Source: Rhodospirillaceae bacterium (GTDB taxonomy: Bacteria; Pseudomonadota; Alphaproteobacteria; Rhodospirillales; Rhodospirillaceae). From it: 64,000 bases of DNA. The stretch is from the NCBI GenBank assembly GCA_041905525.1, contig JAYRKY010000010.1, positions 36,397 through 100,396 on the forward strand. Direction: 5' to 3'. Below are positions 9,062 to 17,820 of the stretch, one piece after another (positions within the stretch are counted from its first letter, which is position 1; the number at the start of each line of letters is the position of its first letter). Made by a program: the position numbers and the translations under genes. Under the pieces are notes generated by a model. That model saw nothing but the letters and a program-made list of their open reading frames with translations. It was not told the DNA's origin and made no database searches.

Positions 9062-9353
9062 GAAGCAGATGCAAAAAAAGGCTGTCGAAGTGAGTGCGCT
9101 CCTCAAGAGCCTCTCGCTGCCCAAGCGCCTCCTGATCTTATGCCAACTGGTCGAACGCGAGCGCGCGGTCGGCGATCTAGCCGCGACGTTGGAGGCGCGG
9201 GAGGCCGCGGTTTCTCAGCAGCTTAGCCTCTTGCGGAAAGACGGCCTGGTGAAGACGCGGCGCGACGGACGCACCATCTACTACAGCCTCGCCCGAGAAG
9301 ACCTGAAAGCGCTCATCGGCTTCCTCTACGTCACTTACTGCAAAAAAACCTGA
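9054..9353 (+). CDS. bigR: ArsR/SmtB-family persulfide-sensing repressor (BigR/SqrR-like)
   Basis: ORF 8985-9353; start re-picked at MNMKQMQKK. wHTH LSLPKRLLILCQLVE..VSQQLSLLRKDGLV. Two Cys at the BigR/SqrR sensing positions (LILCQL and C-terminal VTYCKK). Confidence 0.8.
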   Translation: MNMKQMQKKAVEVSALLKSLSLPKRLLILCQLVERERAVGDLAATLEAREAAVSQQLSLLRKDGLVKTRRDGRTIYYSLAREDLKALIGFLYVTYCKKT

Positions 9354-9375
9354 CAAGATCCAACGAGCCAGTCCT

Positions 9376-9810
9376 ATGGAACATTTCACCCCACTCGCCT
9401 CATTCATCGGCGGCGCCCTGATCGGCCTCTCGGCTGTCGTCCTCATGCTTCTCAATGGACGTATCGCCGGCATCAGCGGCATCACCGCTGGCCTCCTGTC
9501 GTTCTCGGACGCCGCGCCCGACCGCGGCTGGCGTCTCGCCTTTGTAATCGGTCTCATCGCTGCGCCAGTGGTCCTCGCCCTCGGCGGCGCCGGTGCGCCC
9601 GAAATCTCGTTCGTCGCGCCCCTTCCTGCGATGCTCCTCGCGGGCTTCCTCGTCGGTTTCGGCACAGTCCTTGGCAACGGCTGCACGAGCGGACACGGCA
9701 TCTGCGGCATCGCGCGCCTCTCGCCGCGTTCGATCGTTGCGACGATGGCCTTTATGGCCGCGGGCTTCGCCGCAACCTACCTCGTTCAACACCTCGTCCT
9801 GGGAGGCTAA
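9376..9810 (+). CDS. YeeE/YedE-family sulfur-transport membrane protein
   Basis: 144-aa hydrophobic ORF with the GNGCTSGHGICG motif typical of YeeE/YedE half-proteins. Confidence 0.8.
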   Translation: MEHFTPLASFIGGALIGLSAVVLMLLNGRIAGISGITAGLLSFSDAAPDRGWRLAFVIGLIAAPVVLALGGAGAPEISFVAPLPAMLLAGFLVGFGTVLGNGCTSGHGICGIARLSPRSIVATMAFMAAGFAATYLVQHLVLGG

Positions 9811-9813
9811 GTC

Positions 9814-10260
9814 ATGAATCGCATCCTTGGTGGTCTCGCCGCCGGCCTTCTGTTCGGCGCGGGCCTCTCTCTCTCCGGCATGATCAATCCAGCTAAGGTC
9901 ATCGGTTTCCTGGACGTCGCGGGCGCCTGGGATCCGAGCCTTGCCTTCGTCATGCTGGGCGGGCTGCTGGTAACAGGCGTCGGCTATCGCCTTGTTCTGC
10001 GCCGCGGCCAGCCGCTGTTCGAACCAGGGTTCACGTTACCAACGCGGCGCGACATTGACCCCGCGCTGCTCCTCGGCGCGGGCCTGTTCGGGATCGGATG
10101 GGGCATTGCCGGCTACTGCCCAGGCCCGGCGCTCGCCGGGCTCGGTTTCGGGCAGCCCGAAACGGCTCTGTTTGTCGCCGCCATGCTGGCCGGGATGCTC
10201 ACCGCACGGCGCGGTGCGGGCCTCATCGCAGCGCTTTTCTCCCCCAAACCCGCGACTTGA
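9814..10260 (+). CDS. YeeE/YedE-family membrane protein (second half-size paralogue)
   Basis: 148-aa hydrophobic ORF with GIGWGIAGYCPGPA motif. Starts 3 nt after the previous stop. Confidence 0.75.
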   Translation: MNRILGGLAAGLLFGAGLSLSGMINPAKVIGFLDVAGAWDPSLAFVMLGGLLVTGVGYRLVLRRGQPLFEPGFTLPTRRDIDPALLLGAGLFGIGWGIAGYCPGPALAGLGFGQPETALFVAAMLAGMLTARRGAGLIAALFSPKPAT

Positions 10261-10281
10261 TCTCAACCTGAGGAGTGCGCC

Positions 10282-11139
10282 ATGCACATCCAATCGTTCT
10301 TCGACAAGGCGACCTTCACCGTCACCTACGTTGTCTCGGACCTTGCGGCGAAGGTCTGCGCCATCATCGACCCGGTCCTCGATTTCGATGCGGCGTCAGG
10401 TCGCACGTCACACGCCTCGGCGGATAAAGTAATCGCGTATGTCCGGGCGCAGGAGCTCAGCGTCGCCTGGATCCTCGAGACTCATGCCCACGCCGATCAT
10501 CTTTCGGCCGGCGCGTATCTCAAGTCCGTTGTCGGCGGCAAACTCGCGATCGGCGCACACATCGCCGACGTGCAGAAGATTTTTGCCAAGGTCTTTAATC
10601 TGGAAAAATCATACCGGGCGGACGGCAGCCAGTTTGACGTTTTGTTCAAGGACGGCGACACCTTCGACGTCGGTAGCCTAAAGGCCCGCGTGATGCACAC
10701 GCCTGGCCACACACCCGCTTGTCTCACCTATGTCATCGCAGACGCCGCCTTTGTGGGCGATACCCTTTTCATGCCCGACTACGGCACCGCACGCGCCGAT
10801 TTCCCTGGCGGCGATGCCCGCACGCTCTACCGGTCCATGCGCAAGATCCTGGCCCTGCCCGACGCGACGCGGATCTTCACCTGCCACGACTATAAAGCCC
10901 CGGGACGTGACGAATTCGCCTGGGAGTCCACCGTTGCCCATCAACGCCAGTTCAATGTCCATGTGCGCGACGGCATCGGTGAGGACGCGTTTGTCGCCAT
11001 GCGCACGGCGCGCGACAAGACCCTCAATATGCCTCATCTCATCTTGCCGTCCATCCAGGTGAATATCCGGGCGGGGGCACTGCCGCCGCCGGAGGACAAC
11101 GGTACGTCCTACTTGAAGATTCCGCTGAACGCCCTCTAG
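10282..11139 (+). CDS. blh: MBL-fold persulfide dioxygenase (Blh/ETHE1-like)
   Basis: 285-aa ORF. HAHADH zinc/iron motif, HTPGHTP, FTCHDY. Operon context with bigR and YeeE genes. Confidence 0.8.
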   Translation: MHIQSFFDKATFTVTYVVSDLAAKVCAIIDPVLDFDAASGRTSHASADKVIAYVRAQELSVAWILETHAHADHLSAGAYLKSVVGGKLAIGAHIADVQKIFAKVFNLEKSYRADGSQFDVLFKDGDTFDVGSLKARVMHTPGHTPACLTYVIADAAFVGDTLFMPDYGTARADFPGGDARTLYRSMRKILALPDATRIFTCHDYKAPGRDEFAWESTVAHQRQFNVHVRDGIGEDAFVAMRTARDKTLNMPHLILPSIQVNIRAGALPPPEDNGTSYLKIPLNAL

Positions 11140-11176
11140 CCTTCTCTTCGCCTCATCCTCCAGGAGACGATACCTT

Positions 11177-11941
11177 ATGCTGCCCGACATCCTTGCGGTC
11201 GTCTCTGGAATGCTGGTGGGGCTTGTGCTCGGCGTCTTGGGCGGCGGCGGCTCCATCATGGCGGTTCCGCTGCTGCTCTATGTTGTCGGCATCAAGGACG
11301 CGCATCTCGCGATCGGCACCAGCGCCGTCGCAGTCGCCGCCAGTGCGCTCATCAATCTAGTGCTGCACGCGCGCAAGGGCACTATCAAGTGGGCCTGCGC
11401 ATTGGTGTTCGCCGCCAGCGGCAGCCTCGGCGCCCTCGCCGGAGCGGAAATCGGCAAGGCCATTGACGGGCGAAAGCTCCTCCTTGCCTTTGCCGCAGCG
11501 ATGGTCGCAGTCGGCGTCTCGATGTTGATGCGCAAGTCCGAAGCGGGCGCCGCCGACGTGCGCCTTACGCCCCGCATTGCGGCACGCCTCATTCCCACCG
11601 GCTTCGCCACCGGCGCCGCATCCGGCTTCTTCGGAATCGGCGGCGGGTTCCTGATCGTGCCGGGCCTGATCGGCGCGGCGAACATGACGATGCTCAACGC
11701 CATCGGCTCGTCGCTGGTTTCCGTCACCGCCTTCGGTCTTTCCACCGCCGCCAGCTACGCGGTCTCGGGGCTCGTGCTGTGGAAAGTGGCAGGGCTCTTC
11801 ATTCTCGGTGGTCTCACCGGCGGCCTTGCCGGCCAAAAGCTGAGCACGGCGCTCGCCGCCCGAAAAGGCGCTTTGACCCGTGTTTTCGCCGGCTTCATTT
11901 TCTTCGCCGCGGCCTATATCGCCTGGAAGTCCCTCAGCTAA
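11177..11941 (+). CDS. TauE/SafE-family sulfite/anion exporter
   Basis: 254-aa polytopic membrane ORF with Gly-rich helices (GGGGSIMAVPLLLY, GIGGGFLIVPGL) typical of TauE/SafE. Confidence 0.8.
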   Translation: MLPDILAVVSGMLVGLVLGVLGGGGSIMAVPLLLYVVGIKDAHLAIGTSAVAVAASALINLVLHARKGTIKWACALVFAASGSLGALAGAEIGKAIDGRKLLLAFAAAMVAVGVSMLMRKSEAGAADVRLTPRIAARLIPTGFATGAASGFFGIGGGFLIVPGLIGAANMTMLNAIGSSLVSVTAFGLSTAASYAVSGLVLWKVAGLFILGGLTGGLAGQKLSTALAARKGALTRVFAGFIFFAAAYIAWKSLS

Positions 11942-11959
11942 AGGAGGCTCAGGCCGCCC

Positions 11960-12610
11960 TCACGGCGCGTCGCGTTCCAGCGGCGAGACCTTGAAGGGGG
12001 CGGGCGGGCGATCTTCGTCCGCGTTGCGTTGGGCCTGCGCGGCCTCCGCCCACCATGCAAGCTGAGCAAAGGTTCGGCCCATGTATTTCTCCCAGGCGCC
12101 CGCGTCGGCGGTCTCTCGATACCCACCCTCCGCATCGAACACCTCCTGCGCATGCGGAATGTGGATCATCGCCGACACCGGAAGACAGCCAAGCTCGCTC
12201 AGGAACGTGCGCATCCCGACGGCCGCGCGCGCGCCGCCCCACTGTCCCGCCGAGTAAGTGACGATGGCGCTCGGCTTATAGGAGAACAAGGAACTGCCGA
12301 AGTGGTTGAGCAGCGTCATCAACGCTGGACTCATGGAGTGATTGTACTCGGGGCTCACCATGACGAAACCGTCGGCGCGTGCAATCCGTTCGGCTAGCGC
12401 TTGCTGATCGAGGGGCGCATCCCCTGCACGATAAGAAAAGTGCGGCTTGAAGACCCTCGGTAACTCGACGTCCAACGGGTCGATGATCGCTGCCGCGTGC
12501 CCTATGCCCGTCAGATGTGACCGGCAGGCACGGGCGACCCTCAGCCCCAGGCGGGCAGGGTGCGGTGGTTCGGACTCGCGGACGGACCCAAGAAAAACAA
12601 GCAGATTCAT
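11960..12610 (-). CDS. NAD(P)H-dependent FMN reductase family oxidoreductase
   Basis: ORF 11960-12904; start re-picked at ATG 12610 (MNLLVFLGSVRE..), the canonical flavodoxin-like N-terminus. VMVSPEYNHSMSPAL motif. Confidence 0.8.
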   Translation of the reverse strand: MNLLVFLGSVRESEPPHPARLGLRVARACRSHLTGIGHAAAIIDPLDVELPRVFKPHFSYRAGDAPLDQQALAERIARADGFVMVSPEYNHSMSPALMTLLNHFGSSLFSYKPSAIVTYSAGQWGGARAAVGMRTFLSELGCLPVSAMIHIPHAQEVFDAEGGYRETADAGAWEKYMGRTFAQLAWWAEAAQAQRNADEDRPPAPFKVSPLERDAP

Positions 12611-12857
12611 TTGCGCACCCTCAAATGGTTCGTGGCCTTGGAACGTGCTCGACGGCGGCCCGGCATGCGCACGGATATATCCTATCGCCCTGGCGTGGGG
12701 CAGTGGCTCACCCATTACCGAACCGGCGGGAACTCGCAAGCACGCACCCGCCGGTCGTCCAAAAGTGCGCCATGTCGCCAAGCCATCCTTCTCGGCCGCG
12801 TAGGGTGCTCCGGCGTCGTCGGCATCTTTCCGTTCAGGATAAGAAGTCGAGCGGACG

Positions 12858-13424
12858 ATGGTTTCCGATCCTTTGGTTCCCAGCCGCGGATGCGGCGACT
12901 GCACGGTTTGTTGCGTCGTACCCGCGATAGATCACGAGGAAATTCAAAAACATGCGGGTGTGCGTTGCCCGCACGCCGGCCAGGGCTGCGCCATCTACGA
13001 GACGCGCCCGACACCCTGCCGAGAGTTCTTCTGTGCGTGGCGCTTCATCGCCGGACTTGGCGATGAATGGCGGCCCGACCGGTCGGGAATTCTGCTTTGG
13101 CCGGACACCCGCGAGGAAAATGGGAAGAAGATCCCAACCGTCACTGTCACCCTTCTTCGCAACGAACAGGCCAACCTCGCCAGCGTTCCGCTGATCAAAT
13201 TCATCGCGGCGAATATATTGGAGGGCCGCTCACTATACTTGGCGAAGCCCGGATCACCGGGCCTTCGCCCCTTGCGCGTTCAACTTAACAGCCCGCAAAT
13301 GCTCGCCGCCGCTCAACGCGGGCCGGTACCTGTCCGCGCTATCCTCGAGCAAGCTTGGGCGTTCCTCGGCACACAAACGCCGCGCCCGTATGGTTTCTCG
13401 CACACCGGACACCTCATGGAATGA
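12858..13424 (+). CDS. YkgJ-family (UPF0153) cysteine-cluster protein
   Basis: 188-aa ORF with CGDCTVCC (CxxCxxCC) and a second cluster CAIYETRPTPCREFFC. Confidence 0.7.
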   Translation: MVSDPLVPSRGCGDCTVCCVVPAIDHEEIQKHAGVRCPHAGQGCAIYETRPTPCREFFCAWRFIAGLGDEWRPDRSGILLWPDTREENGKKIPTVTVTLLRNEQANLASVPLIKFIAANILEGRSLYLAKPGSPGLRPLRVQLNSPQMLAAAQRGPVPVRAILEQAWAFLGTQTPRPYGFSHTGHLME

Positions 13425-13604
13425 CGTCGGAACGGTCTGTCGTTGCAACACATCAGATGTTGCAGCTAAGCAATCTATTCGTGTGAACAGTTCGCGCGGA
13501 GCGCCAGATGGAGGCAGGCCTCTTACCGGGTGCCTCACGCTAAGGTGACTGCGCAAGCCTGCATCAGCTTTGTAGCGTGTTCATTTGGAAAGAGGAGCAG
13601 CGGC

Positions 13605-14309
13605 ATGACCCTTCCCATCAATCGGCGCGACATCATGATCGGCGCGGCCACCGGCGTCGTCGCCGCCATTGCCGCGACCACGGCGAGCGCAGCTTCCGCG
13701 ACAACAGTGCCACCGTATGAGCCGAAACCGTTGGGCCTTGATCCGAAAGGCATCAAGGGACTGTCCGAGGCGATCTTGGTCAGCCACTACGAGAACAACT
13801 ACACCGGTGCGGTGCGCCGTTTGAATGCCATCAATGCCGAACTCGCCAAGCTTGATCCGGCGGCGGCACCCCCGTTTATCCTTAATGGTCTGAAGCGGGA
13901 ACAACTCATCGCCACAAATTCAATGATCCTACACGAGGTGTATTTTGCGAGCTTGGGGAGCGGCGGCGAGCCCAGGGGTGACATCGCCGCGGCACTCGCA
14001 CGCGACTTCGGAAGTATCGCCGCGTGGCGCGCCGAGTTCTCCGCCACGGGCAAAGCGCTTGGCGGCGGGTCGGGCTGGGTCCTTCTGACCTTCGCTCCGC
14101 GCCTCGGGCGTCTGGTCAACCAATGGGGCGCCGACCACTCCATGGCAGTGGCGGGCGGGATCCCCATCCTCGCACTCGATATGTACGAACACGCCTACCA
14201 CATGGATTACGGGGCGAAAGCCGCCGCCTACGTCGATGCCCTTATGGCGGCGATAAATTGGGAAAATGTCGGCGCGGCCTATGAAATGGCGCGCGGGCGG
14301 ACGCGCTAG
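13605..14309 (+). CDS. Fe/Mn superoxide-dismutase-family protein with twin-arginine (Tat) signal
   Basis: ORF 13530-14309; start ATG 13605 with AGAGGAG RBS. Tat motif INRRDIMIGAA..ASAAS. SOD C-terminal signature DMYEHAYHMDYG. All four metal ligands are alignable. Confidence 0.8.
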   Translation: MTLPINRRDIMIGAATGVVAAIAATTASAASATTVPPYEPKPLGLDPKGIKGLSEAILVSHYENNYTGAVRRLNAINAELAKLDPAAAPPFILNGLKREQLIATNSMILHEVYFASLGSGGEPRGDIAAALARDFGSIAAWRAEFSATGKALGGGSGWVLLTFAPRLGRLVNQWGADHSMAVAGGIPILALDMYEHAYHMDYGAKAAAYVDALMAAINWENVGAAYEMARGRTR

Positions 14310-14416
14310 GTTATCGCTCCCACCGGCGGTCGAATGAGACGCCGCCAGCCTCACCTCGCGCTGCCCGCGTAAGCGCGCTAACATCGCGCAGGCGAAGGCG
14401 AAAAGGGGGCAGGGGC

Positions 14417-15850
14417 GTGTTGACATCCGAAGCGGCTGAGATCGTTCAACGTCTTGACGCGCACTACGAGCGCGCCGCGCGGGCCCTGCGCGCCGCCGTC
14501 GAAGATTTTGTGAAACGCGGTGTGACACCCGATCCGGACGCGCGGCGCACGGGTCTCTTCACCTATCCGGAACTCTTGTTGCGGTTCTCCGGCCCACGCA
14601 CCGGTGACGGCGTACGCCGCGCCGACCGCCGCTTTGTCGCGCCGGGGCTCTACCGTACCTCCATCACCCGCCCGCGCCTTTTCGAGCGGTACCTCGTCGA
14701 GCAGCTCACCAACCTCGCGAAACACCATCACTTCACGGCCGAGGTTGGTAGCTCCGACGTTGAGATTCCGTTCCCCTATGTCATCGATGGCATCGACCTT
14801 GGTGATGTGCGATCCGAGGCCATCGCCGCGGTGCTGCCGACTACGGAGCTGAAGCTTATTGGGGACGGCATCGCAGACGGAGCGGGCTTGAAACACGAGA
14901 ATGGGCTTCCGCTCGCACAATTCGATGGGCTCCGCACGGACTTCAGCTTGGCGAGACTCCGCCATTACACCGGTACGCCGCCCGAGCATTTTCAGCGCTA
15001 TATCCTCTTCACCAATTACCACCGTTATGTGGACGCTTTTGTCCGCTGGGCGGGCGAGCAGTTGGGGAGCGCTTCAGGCTATACGGCGCTCAGCTGCGCG
15101 GGCGGCGCGGTGTATCCCGCCGGGACCCAGCCCAACGACGCGGTAGCCGACGGCGCCTGGCGCCGGCATCAGATGCCGGCGTATCACCTGATGGCGCCGA
15201 ACGGCGAAGGTATCTCGCTTATCAATATTGGCGTCGGCCCCTCCAACGCTAAAACGCTCACCGATCATCTTGCCGTGCTGCGGCCGGAGGCATGGGTCAT
15301 GATCGGTCACTGCGGCGGCCTGCGTCCCAGCCAGATGATCGGTGACTATGTGCTCGCGCACGCATATCTGCGGGACGATCACGTGCTCGACAGGATTCTG
15401 CCGCCCGAAATGCCCGTCCCGCCTATCGCTGAGGTGCAGCAGGCATTGCATCGCGCCGCCGAGATCGTCACCGGGGACGACGCCGACGCGGTCCGCGACC
15501 GCTTGCGCACCGGCACTGTCGTCACCACGGACGACCGGAATTGGGAACTGCGCTACGACGAATACGCCCTGCGCTTCAATCAATCACGCGCCATCGCAGT
15601 CGATATGGAATCCGCAACCGTCGCCACCCAGGGCCAGCGTTTCCGCGTGCCGCACGGCACGTTGCTTTGCGTGTCTGACAAACCTTTGCACGGCGAGATC
15701 AAGCTGCCCGGACAGGCGAACCTGTTTTACGAACGTGCCATCCGCGAACATATCGCCATCGGTATCGAAACCGTCGCGCAGCTGCGTGCGGCCGGAGGAC
15801 GCCTGCACAGCCGCAAACTCAGAGCCTTCAACGAGACGCCGTTTCGTTAG
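14417..15850 (+). CDS. amn: AMP nucleosidase
   Basis: 477-aa ORF (GTG start). N-terminal Amn domain plus C-terminal PNP/UDP phosphorylase-like domain (MIGHCGGL, AVDMESA). Confidence 0.85.
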   Translation: MLTSEAAEIVQRLDAHYERAARALRAAVEDFVKRGVTPDPDARRTGLFTYPELLLRFSGPRTGDGVRRADRRFVAPGLYRTSITRPRLFERYLVEQLTNLAKHHHFTAEVGSSDVEIPFPYVIDGIDLGDVRSEAIAAVLPTTELKLIGDGIADGAGLKHENGLPLAQFDGLRTDFSLARLRHYTGTPPEHFQRYILFTNYHRYVDAFVRWAGEQLGSASGYTALSCAGGAVYPAGTQPNDAVADGAWRRHQMPAYHLMAPNGEGISLINIGVGPSNAKTLTDHLAVLRPEAWVMIGHCGGLRPSQMIGDYVLAHAYLRDDHVLDRILPPEMPVPPIAEVQQALHRAAEIVTGDDADAVRDRLRTGTVVTTDDRNWELRYDEYALRFNQSRAIAVDMESATVATQGQRFRVPHGTLLCVSDKPLHGEIKLPGQANLFYERAIREHIAIGIETVAQLRAAGGRLHSRKLRAFNETPFR

Positions 15851-15866
15851 CGCGCATGCGTAAAGC

Positions 15867-15900
15867 AAAAGGCCGCGCACTGCTGCGCGGCCTTTGTCTT
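15867..15900. terminator. bidirectional rho-independent terminator
   Basis: GGCCGCGCA-ctgc-TGCGCGGCC stem (15871-15892) flanked by AAAA and TTTGTCTT. Lies between convergent amn and the first PEP-CTERM-like gene. Confidence 0.8.
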
Positions 15901-15919
15901 GTATAGCGAGGAATGCGGG

Positions 15920-16525
15920 TTACGCGGCTTTCTTGCGGCGGAAGCTGCCAAGGCCCAGGAGACCGAGGCCGAGCAGCGCGAGCGCGCCGGGGGCCGGAAC
16001 GGTCATGGTCACGTCGAAGCCGGGGCCGTCGTTGTCCCAGAAGGCCGAGTCCGAGACGCCGAAGTAGATCGAGCCCGACTGCGTCGCGGTGAAGGTGATC
16101 AACGTGCCGGCGAATTGGACCAGGCTGTCCGCAATGCCCACGGCCACATCGTTGCTGTCGTAAGCCATGAAGCCGGGGGTCGACACGGTCGCCGACGGCA
16201 CAATGGCGTACACGACGGCGCCGAAGATATTGCCCAGCACCGAGATATGAGGTCCGGCTACGCCGACGACGCCGTTGGCGTCATTGCATCCGGCTCCAAA
16301 AGACAAGCACATATAGCCGGTCGTGGAGAGGGTGATCACGTCGCCCGCGTTGACTTCGCCGCCATAGACGAACGCGTTGGTATCGCCGACGCCGTTGATC
16401 GGACCGTAGGAGCCGAAGCCGCCACCGTCGAGCGGGCTCACATGGATCGGCGCGGCCTGCACGGCGGTCGCCATGGACACCACACAAGCGGCCACAAAGC
16501 CCAGCTTCTTCAGAAAATTCATCAT
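15920..16525 (-). CDS. secreted protein with PEP-CTERM-like (VPAPGA) C-terminal sorting tail
   Basis: ORF 15920-16825; start re-picked at ATG 16525 (MMNFLKKLGFVAACVVSMATAVQA signal peptide). C-terminus TVPAPGALALLGLGLLGLGSFRRKKAA. Confidence 0.8.
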   Translation of the reverse strand: MMNFLKKLGFVAACVVSMATAVQAAPIHVSPLDGGGFGSYGPINGVGDTNAFVYGGEVNAGDVITLSTTGYMCLSFGAGCNDANGVVGVAGPHISVLGNIFGAVVYAIVPSATVSTPGFMAYDSNDVAVGIADSLVQFAGTLITFTATQSGSIYFGVSDSAFWDNDGPGFDVTMTVPAPGALALLGLGLLGLGSFRRKKAA

Positions 16526-16558
16526 ATCCCCCGAAAAAAGATCCTCGGTGGATGGCGT

Positions 16559-16574
16559 AGCAACATCTATGCCA
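16559..16574 (-). promoter_or_regulatory. sigma-54 (-24/-12) promoter
   Basis: The minus strand reads TGGCATAGATGTTGCT, with GG and GC 12 nt apart. It lies about 35 nt upstream of ATG 16525. Confidence 0.6.
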
Positions 16575-16606
16575 AGAACAATATGTATTAAATTCAATTG
16601 TTTAGC

Positions 16607-16622
16607 GAGGCGATCGCGCCTC
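16607..16622. promoter_or_regulatory. perfect 16-bp palindrome upstream of the sigma-54 promoter (possible activator site or weak terminator)
   Basis: GAGGCGATCGCGCCTC. The AT-rich AACAATATGTATTAAATTCAATTGTT stretch (IHF-like) lies between it and the -24 element. Confidence 0.25.
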
Positions 16623-16668
16623 TTATCCGTAAAGAACCCTGACGTATTGCGAGAGCCGGGTACGACGT

Positions 16669-17505
16669 TCACACGGGGTGGACGAGAGGGCGGCGCGAGC
16701 GTCGCAGCCCCGCCACGAAGCCGAGGCCAAAAATACCGAACAGAAATGTGGGCAAAGCCGCGGGAGCGGGTACGGTGACGAAGGCCCCCCAAATCGCATC
16801 GTTGCCGCTGTCGGCGGTGGCCCAAAACAGATCGAATGTATCGAAGAGACCAAGGCCGTAAAGCGAGGTCACCTCGACAGTCAGGTCGAAGAACCCGCCG
16901 CCGGCGTCGGTCAGCGACGTGGTGACGTCGTAGCCCGGAAGCGCGACCCCGTCGTTCAGACGCACATATTGATAGACACCCGCGTTCGCATCATACCCCT
17001 GCGCCGACGGCCGAAGCTGCGAGTAGGCGCCGTACACTTGGCCGCTCCCGTACCAAAGCTCGTTAGCCGTGTTACTCGAAATGACGGAGTAGACGCCGGG
17101 AGTGAAGATCTGGTGGCCCAGCGTGAGAGCGTATCCGAAGCCGTCAAATCCCGGCGTATAGATGTCGAAATAGACATCGGCGTACGCGGCGGGCCCCGTG
17201 CCGTCGAACATCGTGCGCAGGGTCACGGTCAGCGTATGGGCCGAGTTATCGCGGTTCACGGTGATCTGTGTTGTGTCGAACCGCTGCGCGCCGAAGGTAA
17301 TTTCGTCGCCCCAAAAGCGGCCGCCGGCTTCGCGATTGTCGAAGGTGGCGCCGGTGTATCCGTTCGTGGATGCGCCGCCCTGCGTCGCCGCCACGTCAAC
17401 CGTATCGGTCACGACAATCGGCGACGCGTGCGCGGCCTCAGCGGAAATCAGTATCGCGAAGAGGGCGGCGAACGCCCGCGCGGTGCGGATCATGAGGTGC
17501 TCCAT
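16669..17505 (-). CDS. secreted protein with PEP-CTERM-like (VPAPAA) C-terminal sorting tail
   Basis: ORF 16669-17538; start at ATG 17505 or 17493 (MIRTARAFAALFAILISAEAAHA signal peptide). C-terminus VTVPAPAALPTFLFGIFGLGFVAGLRRSRRP. Confidence 0.8.
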   Translation of the reverse strand: MEHLMIRTARAFAALFAILISAEAAHASPIVVTDTVDVAATQGGASTNGYTGATFDNREAGGRFWGDEITFGAQRFDTTQITVNRDNSAHTLTVTLRTMFDGTGPAAYADVYFDIYTPGFDGFGYALTLGHQIFTPGVYSVISSNTANELWYGSGQVYGAYSQLRPSAQGYDANAGVYQYVRLNDGVALPGYDVTTSLTDAGGGFFDLTVEVTSLYGLGLFDTFDLFWATADSGNDAIWGAFVTVPAPAALPTFLFGIFGLGFVAGLRRSRRPLVHPV

Positions 17506-17656
17506 TGGTGCGACGACCCCGAAGGTCATCTTCCACAACGGATAGTTGTAGATTTACACCTCTTAAGAATTTCCTTCTTTTCGCAGGGAAGCCTCGGGTC
17601 GCACCTGCACTCGCGAACCGTCGATAAATTTTACGCTTTTGCGGCAGGGCTCGAAC

Positions 17657-17671
17657 GCTAAGTCCTTGCCA
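17657..17671 (-). promoter_or_regulatory. weak sigma-54-like promoter candidate
   Basis: The minus strand reads TGGCAAGGACTTAGC. GG/GC spacing is correct but there are two mismatches, including TAGC for TTGC. Confidence 0.25.
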
Positions 17672-17688
17672 AATACCATAATAACTTG

Positions 17689-17704
17689 TGGCACGAAAAT
17701 TGCT
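17689..17704 (+). promoter_or_regulatory. sigma-54 (-24/-12) promoter
   Basis: TGGCACGAAAATTGCT equals TGGCACG-N4-TTGCT, a full match to the core consensus. It lies about 115 nt upstream of ATG 17821. Confidence 0.7.
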
Positions 17705-17820
17705 AAACCTTAGGTGTGTATTCGATCGCGTCGGGTACTGCCGCCATTCCTCGGCTTCATTGCAAGGACAACGCCGCCGCTAGCACAAATTCCCGTGCCG
17801 AACTTCAAGGAGAACCCGCC

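Noticed and set aside
12673-12682. 10-bp palindrome GGATATATCC in the divergent region between the FMN reductase and YkgJ genes.
   Set aside because: It is short and isolated, with no second half-site or known motif match, so it could arise by chance. It is noted only as a possible operator.
11960-12904. Over-long ORF-track versions of several genes: 11960-12904, 15920-16825, 20332-20883, 20880-21788, 45221-45688, 60769-61824, 37340-37939, 13530-14309.
   Set aside because: Internal ATGs coincide with RBS-like sequences, signal peptides or conserved family N-termini. The upstream extensions are Arg/Pro-rich and overlap neighbouring genes or promoters.
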